Shown: positions 36,237 to 45,745 of the stretch, in pieces | How positions within the stretch are numbered: position 1 is the stretch's first letter | Layout: every line of letters starts with the position of its first letter | Assembly: GCA_050015075.1 (NCBI GenBank) | Contig: JBEKCB010000005.1 | Coordinates: 96,001 to 160,000, forward strand | Source of the DNA: Candidatus Brocadiia bacterium | GTDB lineage: Bacteria; Planctomycetota; Brocadiia; CAIUPP01 | DNA length: 64,000 nucleotides | Reading direction: 5' to 3' | Position numbers and translations under genes: made by a program | The notes under the pieces: model-generated | Database searches by the model: none | What the model saw: only the letters and a program-made list of their open reading frames with translations | Told to the model about the DNA's origin: nothing

Positions 36237-37058
36237 ATGGCAAAGCGCAGGAAAAAATATAGCGACATCGTGAAAAAGCACGTCGCGAACCCGAAGCACA
36301 TCCGGGGCATCTTCAACTACTGCGACCGGTGGTGCGAGCGCTGCCCCATGACCTCGCGGTGCAGTGTGTTTGCCATCACCCAGGAGCACTGCCCGGACGG
36401 CGTGGCGCGCGACGCAGACAACGCGCGTTTCTGGGAGAGGCTGAGCGAGGTGTTTCAGGGCACGCTCGAGATGGTCCGCGAGGACGCTCAACGGCAGGGC
36501 ATCAGCTTCGACTCGAAAGAGCTTGCGACGTTCGCCGCAAAGCACCGGCGCAGGCAAAGCGCGCTGAAGAAACACGAATGCCCGCGCGCCGCCAAGCGGT
36601 ACGCGAAGATGGTGGACGCGTGGTTCAAATCGGCGAAGCCGCTGTTCACGGAGAGAAAAGTCGCGCTCGAATCGCAAGCCCGTATGCAGTTGCCCGGCGC
36701 CGATCCCGAGGCGGACGCGGCGCGCCTCAAGGACGTGGTCGAAGTGGTCCAGTTTTACCAGCACCAGATCTGGGTGAAGATGATGCGGGCGACGGGCGGC
36801 CTCCTCGAGGAGAAGTCGGAGCCGCCCGACGAGTATCCGAAGGACTCGGATGGCTCGGCCAAGGTCGCGCTGATCGGAATTGACCGCTCGATTTCAGCCT
36901 GGTCGGAGATGCGGCTCCAGTTCCCGGATCAGGATGACAGTGTTCTCGATATCCTCGTCCATCTCGACCGCCTGCGACGGAATGTGGAGAAGACTTTCCC
37001 CGACGCGCGCTCCTTCGTCCGGACCGGGTTTGACGCCGAGCCGACGCAGCGCACGTGA
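36237..37058 (+). CDS. Conserved hypothetical protein with a Cys-rich motif
   Basis: GIFNYCDRWCERCPMTSRC, DSDGSAKVALIGIDRS, FPDARSFVRTGFD. Confidence 0.75.
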   Translation: MAKRRKKYSDIVKKHVANPKHIRGIFNYCDRWCERCPMTSRCSVFAITQEHCPDGVARDADNARFWERLSEVFQGTLEMVREDAQRQGISFDSKELATFAAKHRRRQSALKKHECPRAAKRYAKMVDAWFKSAKPLFTERKVALESQARMQLPGADPEADAARLKDVVEVVQFYQHQIWVKMMRATGGLLEEKSEPPDEYPKDSDGSAKVALIGIDRSISAWSEMRLQFPDQDDSVLDILVHLDRLRRNVEKTFPDARSFVRTGFDAEPTQRT

Positions 37059-37083
37059 CTTGCGGGCGACGCCGGCAGCCGAC

Positions 37084-37833
37084 CTACCCGCCCACCTGCT
37101 TCATGAACTCGTCGTGGATCAGCGCGTTGTTGCAGACGAGGTCTATGGAGCGGTCCGGAAGCGTGCGCGTGAAGACTTTGCCGCCGGCCTCGCGGATGAG
37201 GACGACACCCGCGGCGATGTCCCACTGGTTGATGCCGAACTCGAAAAACCCGTCCAGCCGGCCGCAGGCGACGTAGGCCAGGTGCAGGACGGCCGATCCC
37301 AGGCCGCGCACCTTGCTCGCGGCGAGCGGCAGTTGCGCTGCGGCCGCCAGTCCTCTGCGGAGCTGCTCCTCGCGCGAGGAAAAGCCGAACGCGATTATGG
37401 CGGCGCTCAGCGGCGCCCGTTCGCTGACGTGGATTTTCTTCCCGTTCAGGAACGCACCCTGCCCTGCTTCGGCATGGTAAAGCTCGCCGTGGATCGGGTC
37501 GAAAATCACCCCGACGATTTCCCGTCCCTGATGAAGCAGCGCCACGCTCGTGCCCCAGAGCGGCATGCGGCGGGAGTAGTTGACGGTGCCGTCGAGCGGA
37601 TCAATGACCCAGAGATAATCCGACTTCGGCCCGACGGCGCCGCATTCCTCGGAGAGGATGGCGTGTCCGGGGAACTTCTCGCGCACGATCCGCAGGATGA
37701 CCTCCTCGGCCTTCTTGTCCATGGCGAGTTTCACGTCGCGCTGCGCGAGGCGCTCGACTGTGATTTCGCCGCGGCTCCCTTCGAGCAGCACGCGGCCCGC
37801 CTCGCGAGCCGCCCGGATTGCTGTCTCCAGCAT
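37084..37833 (-). CDS. suhB: Inositol monophosphatase family protein
   Basis: ILSEE, WVIDPLDGTVNY, GSAVLHLAYVACGRLDG, WDIAAG. Confidence 0.9.
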   Translation of the reverse strand: MLETAIRAAREAGRVLLEGSRGEITVERLAQRDVKLAMDKKAEEVILRIVREKFPGHAILSEECGAVGPKSDYLWVIDPLDGTVNYSRRMPLWGTSVALLHQGREIVGVIFDPIHGELYHAEAGQGAFLNGKKIHVSERAPLSAAIIAFGFSSREEQLRRGLAAAAQLPLAASKVRGLGSAVLHLAYVACGRLDGFFEFGINQWDIAAGVVLIREAGGKVFTRTLPDRSIDLVCNNALIHDEFMKQVGG

Positions 37834-37987
37834 GCGTGTCCTCCATGTCCTGAACTCGACGCGAGAGCGGTTATTGTAGCAAGCTCGGCGCGCCCGGCCA
37901 ACCGAAGGAGTTCCTTGAAACCCGCCCGGCCGCCGGTTAGACTCCATCCCGGTCCGATTCGCCCCGCCTTCATTGAAAGGGAACGGG

Positions 37988-38776
37988 ATGGCTTTGATCC
38001 ACTGCAATTTCTTCTCGGATGTGCTGCGCAGCTCGACCTCGATGGACGTGATCCTGCCGCAGCCGCCCGCGATCCAGGCCGCCGCCGGGCGCGCTCGGCG
38101 AAAGCCGATCCCGACGCTCTGGCTGCTCCACGGCCTCTCGGACGACCACACCATCTGGCAGCGGCGCACCTCCATCGAACGGTACGTAGCGCCGCTGAAC
38201 CTGGCGGTGATCATGCCGAACGGCTTCCGCGGGTTCTACACCGACATGGCGCACGGTTACGCTTACTGGACGCACCTGAGCGAGGAGGTCCCGCGCCTGG
38301 CGCGCGCGTTCTTCCCGCTGTCGGGGGCGCGCGAGGAGAATTTCGTCGCGGGGCTTTCGATGGGCGGCTACGGCGCGTTCAAGCTGGCGCTGAAGCGGCC
38401 GGAGATGTTCGCCGCCGCCGCAAGCCTCTCGGGCGCGCTGGATATCGCCGGGAGCGCGGAGAACGCGAAGAACGACGTGTTCCGGGAGCAGGAACTCACG
38501 GATATCTTCGGGCCGCTTCGGGCGATTGCCGGAAGCGACAACGACCTGTTCGCGCTCGCAAAGAAGTTGGCGAAGTCGAAAGGCCCGAAGCCGGCGCTCT
38601 ACCAGTGCTGCGGCACCGAGGACGCCCTCTACCCGCGCAACCTGCGGTTCCGAGAGCACGCCCGGTCGCTCGGCCTCGACCTCACTTACGAAGAGGGCCC
38701 CGGCGCGCATGATTGGGGCTTCTGGGACCTGTGGATTCAGCGGGTGCTCAACTGGCTGCCGCTGCGCAGGGCGTGA
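37988..38776 (+). CDS. Esterase (tributyrin esterase / S-formylglutathione hydrolase-like alpha/beta hydrolase)
   Basis: [33 protein letters not shown]. Confidence 0.9.
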   Translation: MALIHCNFFSDVLRSSTSMDVILPQPPAIQAAAGRARRKPIPTLWLLHGLSDDHTIWQRRTSIERYVAPLNLAVIMPNGFRGFYTDMAHGYAYWTHLSEEVPRLARAFFPLSGAREENFVAGLSMGGYGAFKLALKRPEMFAAAASLSGALDIAGSAENAKNDVFREQELTDIFGPLRAIAGSDNDLFALAKKLAKSKGPKPALYQCCGTEDALYPRNLRFREHARSLGLDLTYEEGPGAHDWGFWDLWIQRVLNWLPLRRA

Positions 38777-38794
38777 GCGTTACGGGCTTCCGTA

Positions 38795-38895
38795 ACCACC
38801 AAGACACCAAGGCACAAAGAACGGCTGAGAGAAAATTATTTCCCTTGTGGACTCATATTGTTTCGTCGTTCTTTGTGCCTTGGTGCCTTGGTGGT
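38795..38895. repeat. Nonamer inverted-repeat element between the convergent esterase and uvrB genes
   Basis: 29-bp arms accaccaagacaccaaggcacaaagaacg / cgttctttgtgccttggtgccttggtggt (1 mismatch), AT-rich spacer. Confidence 0.9.
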
Positions 38896-38915
38896 GAGTA
38901 TTCGGCGCCGAAAGA

Positions 38916-40946
38916 TCACTGCCGTCGCCGCCATTTCCGGCTGTGCTGGACGCGGCGGGGCTGCCACTCGGCCAGGGGCTTGAGGCCGGCCTTTTCCTGG
39001 AGCAGGACGATCCGGTCGCGAAGCTTCGCGGCGGTCTCGAAATCCAGGTCGTCGGCGGCCTGGTGCATTTCCTCCTCGAGGTCCTTGATCGTCTCGTGCG
39101 CGCCGTACTCCGATTCGCCCTCGCGGACCGCCAGGCGCGCCACGTCGGACTCGGTGGCCTCGCGCTCGATGCCGTCGCGGATGGCCTTGCGCACCGTCTC
39201 GGGGGTGATGTGGTGCTCCTCGTTGTACTTCGATTGCAGCACGCGGCGGCGCTGAGTCTCGTCAATCGCCTTGCGCATAGAGTCGGTCATGTGATCGGCG
39301 TAGAGGATGACCTCCGCGTTCACGTTGCGCGCGGTCCGGCCGATGGTCTGGATCAGGGAAGTCGCCGAGCGCAGGAATCCCTCCTTGTCCGCGTCGAGGA
39401 TGCCGACGAGCGAGACTTCCGGCAGGTCGAGCCCCTCGCGCAGGAGGTTCACGCCGACGACGACGTCGAACGTGCCGCGGCGGAGGCTGTTGAGCACCTC
39501 GACGCGGTCGAGCGTCTCGATATCGCTGTGCAGGTAAGTCACCTGGATGCCCGCCTCGCGCAGGAAACCGCTGAGCTGCTCGGCCATGCGCTTGGTCAGG
39601 GTGGTGACCAGCACGCGCTCCTTCCGCTCGACGCGCTTCCGGATTTCGGCCATGAGGTCGGGCACCTGGCTGCCCGCCGGCCGGACGTGGATGATCGGGT
39701 CCACCAGGCCGGTCGGGCGGATGACCTGCTCGATGATTTCGCCCTTGCATTTCTGGAGCTCGTAATCGGCCGGCGTGGCGGAGACGAAGAGGACCTGGTT
39801 GATGCTCTGCTCCCATTCCTCGAATTTCATCGGGCGGTTGTCGAGTGCGGAGGGCAGCCGGAAGCCGTGCTCGATCAGCGTGGTCTTGCGCGTGAGGTCG
39901 TTGTTGTACATGCCGTGGAGCTGCGGGATCGTGGCGTGCGATTCGTCCACGATCATGAAGAAGTCCTTCGGGAAATAGTCAATCAGCGTCCAGGGCCGCG
40001 AGCCGGGCGGGCGGGCGGAGAGCGGGCGCGAGTAGTTCTCGATGCCGGGGCAATAGCCCACCTCGCGAAGCATCTCCAGGTCGTAGCGCGTGCGCGCCTC
40101 GAGGCGCTGCATCTCCAGCAGCTTGCCCTGGGCCTTCAGCTCGATCAGCCGCTCGTCGAGCTCCTGCTCGATGCGCGCGACGCCGTCGCTGATGCGGCTC
40201 TCCGGCATGACGAAGTGCCGCGCCGGGAAGACCATGATTTCCTCCCGGCGTTCGATGACCTCTCCGGTCAGCGGATGGAGGTAGGCGAGCGCCTCGACCT
40301 CGTCGCCGAACAGCTCGATGCGATACACGCGGTCCTCGTAGGTCGGATAGAGCTCGATCACGTCGCCGCGCACGCGGAAATTCCCGCGGCCGAAGACGTG
40401 GTCGTTCCGCTCGTACTGGACGTCGACGAGCCGCTTGAGGATGTCGTCGCGCGCGATCCGCTGGCCGATGCGCAGTTGCAGGTACATCTGCTGATAGTCC
40501 TCGGGCGAGCCGAGGCCGTAGATGCACGAGACGCTCGCGACGATGATCACGTCGCGGCGCGTCATCAGCAGGCTCGTCGCGTTCAGCCGCAACCGGTCAA
40601 TGTCCTCGTTGATCGAGGAGTCCTTCTCGATGTAGATGTCGCGCTGCGGGATGTACGCCTCGGGCTGGTAGTAATCGTAATAGCTGACGAAATAGCCGAC
40701 GCCGTTCCCGGCGAAGAATTCCCGGAACTCGCTGTAGAGCTGCGCGGCGAGGGTCTTGTTGTGCGAGATCACCAGCGTCGGCCGGTCCAGCGCCTGGATC
40801 AGGTGGGCCATGGTGAACGTCTTGCCCGAGCCGGTCACGCCGAGGAGCGTGGCGTAGCGCGAGCCGCCCTTGTAAGTCTTGATCAGCGCTTCGATCGCCT
40901 GGGGCTGATCGCCACCGGGCTTGAACTCGGAGGTTAGCTTAAACAT
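38916..40946 (-). CDS. uvrB: Excinuclease ABC subunit B
   Basis: [60 protein letters not shown]. Confidence 0.98.
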   Translation of the reverse strand: MFKLTSEFKPGGDQPQAIEALIKTYKGGSRYATLLGVTGSGKTFTMAHLIQALDRPTLVISHNKTLAAQLYSEFREFFAGNGVGYFVSYYDYYQPEAYIPQRDIYIEKDSSINEDIDRLRLNATSLLMTRRDVIIVASVSCIYGLGSPEDYQQMYLQLRIGQRIARDDILKRLVDVQYERNDHVFGRGNFRVRGDVIELYPTYEDRVYRIELFGDEVEALAYLHPLTGEVIERREEIMVFPARHFVMPESRISDGVARIEQELDERLIELKAQGKLLEMQRLEARTRYDLEMLREVGYCPGIENYSRPLSARPPGSRPWTLIDYFPKDFFMIVDESHATIPQLHGMYNNDLTRKTTLIEHGFRLPSALDNRPMKFEEWEQSINQVLFVSATPADYELQKCKGEIIEQVIRPTGLVDPIIHVRPAGSQVPDLMAEIRKRVERKERVLVTTLTKRMAEQLSGFLREAGIQVTYLHSDIETLDRVEVLNSLRRGTFDVVVGVNLLREGLDLPEVSLVGILDADKEGFLRSATSLIQTIGRTARNVNAEVILYADHMTDSMRKAIDETQRRRVLQSKYNEEHHITPETVRKAIRDGIEREATESDVARLAVREGESEYGAHETIKDLEEEMHQAADDLDFETAAKLRDRIVLLQEKAGLKPLAEWQPRRVQHSRKWRRRQ

Positions 40947-40967
40947 GGCGCCTCAACGACTGGTTTT

Positions 40968-41043
40968 GCCGAGAAGAGGCGCAAGAGACGCAAGACGGAC
41001 GATAAATGCCGGATCTCTTGCGCTTCTTGCGCCTCTTTGCGGC
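40968..41043. repeat. Nonamer inverted-repeat element upstream of uvrB
   Basis: gccgagaagaggcgcaagagacgcaaga / tcttgcgcttcttgcgcctctttgcggc. Confidence 0.85.
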
Positions 41044-41061
41044 CAATTCAAAAATGAATCC

Positions 41062-41523
41062 TTACTCCGATTCCGGATCGGCGTAGTCCACGTCGGACGG
41101 CGGCTCCGGAGCCGGCTCGCCTAGCGTCACCAGGCTCCGGATGGCGGCCAAGTCCTTCGCGGTGATGCCGGCGGCGTTGCGCAGCTCTTCAAGCGCGTGA
41201 AAGGGCCCGTGTTCCTGCCTCCACTTGATGATGCGCTCCGCCTTCGTCGGCCCGACGCCGGGCAGGAGCATCAGCTCGGGCAGTTCGGCGCGGTTGATGT
41301 CAACCAGGTAGGCCGCACCCTGGCCTTGGCCGGGGACCCAGTGAAGATCGTGGCCCGCCTGGCGCTGGCGGAGGATGATGACGCCGACCCACACCAGGAA
41401 AACGAACGCCAGCGTCAGCGTCGCGATCGCCTCCGCGCGCGTCACCCACGGCCGAGCGGCGGGCTTGCCCGCCGGCTGTGTGGAGGGCTCGCCCGACGCT
41501 TGGCTGTCCGGATCTTCCGCCAC
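41062..41523 (-). CDS. ComEA-like helix-hairpin-helix DNA-binding membrane protein
   Basis: One TM segment, then VDINRA..ELMLLPGVGPTKAERII..R..HGPF. Confidence 0.88.
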   Translation of the reverse strand: MAEDPDSQASGEPSTQPAGKPAARPWVTRAEAIATLTLAFVFLVWVGVIILRQRQAGHDLHWVPGQGQGAAYLVDINRAELPELMLLPGVGPTKAERIIKWRQEHGPFHALEELRNAAGITAKDLAAIRSLVTLGEPAPEPPSDVDYADPESE

Positions 41524-41539
41524 CGAAATTCTCCAGACT

Positions 41540-42184
41540 TCATTGCAGGAGCGGGATCAGCAGCCGCAGATCGGCCCGCTCGACGACATGCTTCGCCCGC
41601 GCGGCGACCTCGGGCGACGAGGGCAGGAACGCAATGCTCAACCCGGCCCGCTCGAACATGCCGATGTCCGCCGGCCCGTCGCCGACGGCGACTACGCGCC
41701 GCGTCGGGATGCCCATATCGCCGGCGATCCTGGCGAGCATTGCACCTTTCTCGGCGAACGGCACCGCCAGTTCCAGTTCGCCGGTCAGCCGGCCGGCTTC
41801 GAGCCGTTCGCGGTTCGCCAGCACGCGCGCGATCCCGAACTCGCGCGCGAGACGCAGCCCGAGCCGTTCGAGGCCGTTGCTGACGATGGCGGTCGGAATC
41901 CCCCGGGCGGAGAGATGCGCCAGGAGTTCGCGGCAGCCTTCCATCAGCGGCACCTCTTCCACCGCGCGGTCGAGCAGCTCCACCGGCGCGCCCTTCCACG
42001 TCGCCGTGTCCAAGCGCGCGAACTCGTCGTAGCCCAGCGCGCCCGCCTTGTACTGTTCCCAGTACGGCAGCCCGTGCGAGGTCCACGTGCCGACCTTGCC
42101 GTGCATCAATTCCCAGACCGTCGGCGAGGCCGTCAGCGTGCCTTCCATGTCGAAGACGACCAGGTCAATCCCGTTTGCGCTCAT
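41540..42184 (-). CDS. HAD-family phosphatase (phosphoserine phosphatase-like)
   Basis: VVFDMEGTL, IVSNG, AVGDGPAD. Confidence 0.85.
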   Translation of the reverse strand: MSANGIDLVVFDMEGTLTASPTVWELMHGKVGTWTSHGLPYWEQYKAGALGYDEFARLDTATWKGAPVELLDRAVEEVPLMEGCRELLAHLSARGIPTAIVSNGLERLGLRLAREFGIARVLANRERLEAGRLTGELELAVPFAEKGAMLARIAGDMGIPTRRVVAVGDGPADIGMFERAGLSIAFLPSSPEVAARAKHVVERADLRLLIPLLQ

Positions 42185-42214
42185 CGGTCACCTTTGCCGC
42201 ACATTCGACGCGCC

Positions 42215-43312
42215 TCAGTGCGGGCCTGAGTCGGTCGAACGGCCCGCAGATTCGGAGTCGGTTCGGTCCGGCTGTTCAGCCTTCGGCGGTGCGCCGGCCG
42301 AACGGGCCGCCAGTTGCCCGCAGCCCGCCGCGATCTCGCGTCCGCGCCGGAAGCGGATCGTCACCGACGCGCCGTCCTCCTCGAGCCATTCGCGGAACTT
42401 CAGCGTCTCGCGGCTCGACGGCGAATCGAAGGCCGCGCCGCTGACCGCATTATACTCAATCAGGTTGACTTTTCCGTCCAGCCGCTGCGCGATGCGCGCG
42501 AGTTCCTTCGCGTGCGCGCGGGCGGTGTTCACGCCGCGCAGGAGCACGTACTCGACCGTCACGCGCTTGCCGGTCCGCGCCGCGTAGCCGTCGCAGGCTT
42601 CCAGGACGCGTTCGAGCGGATGCTGCCGCGCGATCGGCATCAGTTGCTCGCGCTGCTCCTGGAAAGGCGAATTGAGCGAGAGCGCCAGCCGCACGGTCAC
42701 CGGCGCGCACGACAGCGCCTCGATCCCGGGCACGATGCCGCACGTGGAGACGGTGATCTTGCGCGTGCCGAGCGCGAAACGCTCCGGATCGGCGAGCGCC
42801 TCGATGGCCTTGATCAGGTTCTCCAGGTTGAGCAGCGGTTCGCCCATGCCCATGAAGACGACGTTCGTCATGCGGCCGTCGCGGCGGGAGATTTCCACGG
42901 CCTGGAGCAGCATCTCGCCGACGGTCAGGTTCCGCGTGAAGCCGAGCGCGCCGGTCGCACAGAAGACGCAACCCATCGCGCAGCCGGCCTGGGTGGAGAG
43001 GCAAACGGAGTGGCGGCCTTCTTCGCGCATCGAGACGGCCTCGACCCGCGCGGCGTCGTCAAAGCGGAAAAGATATTTCGCCGTCTCGCCGTCGGCCGCG
43101 CGCGAGACGTTCTCGACCTCGCCGGCGCCGACGCGCGACTCCCGGGCCAGCGCCTGCCGGAAGTCGGCGGAGAGGTTCGTCATGCGCGCGAAGTCGCGCT
43201 CGTATTTCTCGAAAATCCACGACCGCAACTGGCGCGCGCGATACGGCTTCTGGCCGATCTTCGCCACAAAGTCGTTCAGGGCGTCCGGCGAAAGGCTGAG
43301 GAGATCCAACAT
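42215..43312 (-). CDS. rlmN: 23S rRNA/tRNA adenine-C2 methyltransferase (radical SAM)
   Basis: CLSTQAGCAMGCVFCATG, VFMGMGEPLLN, LALSL, EYVLL, IAAGCGQL. Confidence 0.95.
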   Translation of the reverse strand: MLDLLSLSPDALNDFVAKIGQKPYRARQLRSWIFEKYERDFARMTNLSADFRQALARESRVGAGEVENVSRAADGETAKYLFRFDDAARVEAVSMREEGRHSVCLSTQAGCAMGCVFCATGALGFTRNLTVGEMLLQAVEISRRDGRMTNVVFMGMGEPLLNLENLIKAIEALADPERFALGTRKITVSTCGIVPGIEALSCAPVTVRLALSLNSPFQEQREQLMPIARQHPLERVLEACDGYAARTGKRVTVEYVLLRGVNTARAHAKELARIAQRLDGKVNLIEYNAVSGAAFDSPSSRETLKFREWLEEDGASVTIRFRRGREIAAGCGQLAARSAGAPPKAEQPDRTDSESAGRSTDSGPH

Positions 43313-43373
43313 TGCCGATTTCCGATTGCTGATTTGTCCGCCGTAGCCTTGGCGGAGGCGGATTGCCGAATGA
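43311..43373. repeat. Composite repeat copy 3 (GATTGCC heptamers plus nested palindrome)
   Basis: attgccgatttccgattgctgatt-tgtccgccgtagccttggcggaggcgga-ttgccgaatga. Confidence 0.85.
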
Positions 43374-43379
43374 ACGAAA

Positions 43380-44015
43380 TCAGAAGTCCTTGCTGGTGTG
43401 GTCCATCAAATCCCGAAGGTGGCGCGTGTCGTTTTCGACGGCGACGCGCAGCGTTCCGTTTCCGTATTCGAGCACCGAGATGGCGCCGGTATCGAGGCGG
43501 ACTTCCCAGAAGTGGGAGTTGTCCAGCCCTTTCGCTTCGCAAAGCAGGAGCTTGAGCACCACGCGATGCGAGACGAGCGCGATGGTGCCTTCCGGATTCT
43601 GCCGCGCCAGTTCCGTCAGCCGCGGCGCGGCGCGGCGGCGGACGTCGTCGAGCGACTCGCCGCCGGGAAATTTCACCAGGTGCGGCGACTCTTTCCACTG
43701 GCGGTACTGGTCGCCGAATTTCGCGCGCGCCTCGGTATCCCAGTATTCCGTCCATTCTCCGTAATCCAGGTCCGTGAGGGCCTCGTCCACGATCACCGCG
43801 AGGCCGCGGCCGGCGGCGACCGCCTCGGCCGTCTCGCGGGCGCGCGAGAGCGGGCTGGAGTAGATGGCGGCCAGGGGAACCTGGCGCAGCGCGCGCGCCG
43901 CACAAGCCGCTTCGAGACGGCCCTGCTCGTTGAGGGGAATGTCCCTGCGGCCGCGGAAAATCTTCGCCTTGTTCCACGCCGTTTCGCCGTGCCGCACGAG
44001 ATAAATCTGGCCCAA
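43380..44015 (-). CDS. Histidine phosphatase (phosphoglycerate mutase) family protein
   Basis: LVRHGETAWN, YSSPLSRA, PGGES, LVSH; TTG start after GGGAGG. Confidence 0.92.
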   Translation of the reverse strand: MGQIYLVRHGETAWNKAKIFRGRRDIPLNEQGRLEAACAARALRQVPLAAIYSSPLSRARETAEAVAAGRGLAVIVDEALTDLDYGEWTEYWDTEARAKFGDQYRQWKESPHLVKFPGGESLDDVRRRAAPRLTELARQNPEGTIALVSHRVVLKLLLCEAKGLDNSHFWEVRLDTGAISVLEYGNGTLRVAVENDTRHLRDLMDHTSKDF

Positions 44016-44143
44016 TGCCGCCTCCCGCTGACTGGCGCCGCGCGGCGGAGAGCCGCTGCTTCGCAGAGCCGCATCGGATATTTCCATATTACCGGAACGG
44101 ACGCGAAGCCGCAATGGAGCGCGGGGGCGATGGGACGGAGGCG

Positions 44144-45736
44144 TTACAGGAAGGCGCGCCAGTCCAGGTCCGGGAAAACGGGATTCATGGCGCGGAGTCT
44201 TTCGACGTACTTGCGGTCCACGTTGCCGGAGCGGACCATCTCGTAAAGTCGGGTGAAACTATGGAGGTGGTTGCGCGTGCGCTTTTCGGCGTAGGGCGCG
44301 GCGCCGCCGGTGGCCATGAGGAACGCCCAGTCGCTGCTCTGGGCGAGGAGCAGCTCGCGCGCCGCCTGCTGCAGGGCCGCCTGGACCGCCGCGGCAGGCT
44401 TCTTCTTGCCGGCCGCGCGGCCGGCCAGCTCCGCCATCCGCTCCTCGGCCTTGTGCAGGTGGCGATAGATCCAGTCGTTCGCGCCGTTGAGCCACACCTC
44501 GAAGTATCCCTTCTCGCCCCACGAGGAACTGCTCGGCGTCGAGATCTGCTCCGGCGGATGCTGATCGAGATACTCGGAGAGCGTCGAGACCACGTAGTCG
44601 TCGCGCACGCACTGCGAGGCGCGGAAGACCTCTTCGAGGAATTCCGGCCCTTCGTACCACCAGTGGCCGAACAGCTCCGCGTCGTAGGGCGCGACCACGA
44701 CCGGCGGGACCGAGAGTTTCGATTTGAGGAACCGCAACTGGTGCTGGCGGCAGAACACGAAATGCCCGCCATGCTCCACGGCTTTCCGCACCGCCGCCGC
44801 GCGGTCGTACAACTGCTTCTCATGAAGCGCGACGCGGCCCGTGACGCGATAATACTTCAACCCCAGGTTCCGCCGGACACCGTCGTCGTGCAGGTACGGT
44901 TCGATATAGTCGTAGCTGGCGTCGTAACCCAGGTCGCGGTAGAACTCGCGGTAGGCGCCGTCGCCGGGATAGCCTTCCTCGGAACTCCAGACCTGCTTGG
45001 AGGATTCGAGGTCGCGCCCGAACGCCGCTACGCCGGAGGGACACACGACCGGCGCATGGACGCCGTGCGGCGAGGTGGGGAAGGCATTCAGGATCCCGTG
45101 CGCGTCCACGAGAAAATAGCGGATTCCCGCCTCGGCCAGCGCGCGGTCCATGCCGGGCCGATAGGCGCACTCCGGCAGCCAGAAGCCTTTCGGCCGGCGG
45201 CCGAGATGGCGCGTGACGGTCTCGACGCCGATCTCCACCTGCGCGCGGACGGCGTTCGGAGTGAGCATCAGCGGCAGGAACCCGTGCGTCGCGGCGCAGG
45301 CGAGCACCTCCAGGTTCCCGGCGTCCTGAATCTCCTTGAACGCGGGCACTAGGTTGCCGTCGTGCCTGCGGAAGAGGAAGTCGCGCACCAGCCGGAAGCG
45401 TTCGAGATAGTGAAGCGCCACTGCGCGCTCGCCGGTCGAACGCCCCCGGTGCCGCGCTTCCTCCTGCGCCAGCTTGATCCGCCGGTCCAGGTATTGCCGG
45501 CATCGCTGCTTGAGGAGCGGGTTGGCGAACATCTCCAGCAGCGTGGGAGTCAGCGTCATCGTCACGCGGAAGGGCACGCCCTCGTCGCTGAGCCGGTTCC
45601 AGGCCAGCAGGATCGGGACGTACGTCTCCGTGACCGCCTCGAAAAACCATTCCTCTTCGAGGAACGTCTCGTGCTCGGGATGGTGGATGAACGGCAGGTG
45701 CGCGTGCAGCACGATCGCCAGATGCGCGTCGGACAT
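44144..45736 (-). CDS. GH57 1,4-alpha-glucan branching enzyme (DUF1957)
   Basis: VLHAHLPF, ETYVP, ATHGFLP, FWLPECAY, PYDAELFGHWWYEG, LLAQSSDWAF. Confidence 0.93.
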   Translation of the reverse strand: MSDAHLAIVLHAHLPFIHHPEHETFLEEEWFFEAVTETYVPILLAWNRLSDEGVPFRVTMTLTPTLLEMFANPLLKQRCRQYLDRRIKLAQEEARHRGRSTGERAVALHYLERFRLVRDFLFRRHDGNLVPAFKEIQDAGNLEVLACAATHGFLPLMLTPNAVRAQVEIGVETVTRHLGRRPKGFWLPECAYRPGMDRALAEAGIRYFLVDAHGILNAFPTSPHGVHAPVVCPSGVAAFGRDLESSKQVWSSEEGYPGDGAYREFYRDLGYDASYDYIEPYLHDDGVRRNLGLKYYRVTGRVALHEKQLYDRAAAVRKAVEHGGHFVFCRQHQLRFLKSKLSVPPVVVAPYDAELFGHWWYEGPEFLEEVFRASQCVRDDYVVSTLSEYLDQHPPEQISTPSSSSWGEKGYFEVWLNGANDWIYRHLHKAEERMAELAGRAAGKKKPAAAVQAALQQAARELLLAQSSDWAFLMATGGAAPYAEKRTRNHLHSFTRLYEMVRSGNVDRKYVERLRAMNPVFPDLDWRAFL

Positions 45737-45745
45737 CGTCCGGCC

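Noticed and set aside
24321-41523. dprA and comEA-like genes as a competence system
   Set aside because: They are unlinked, widespread genes, and no pilus or comEC gene is in the window.
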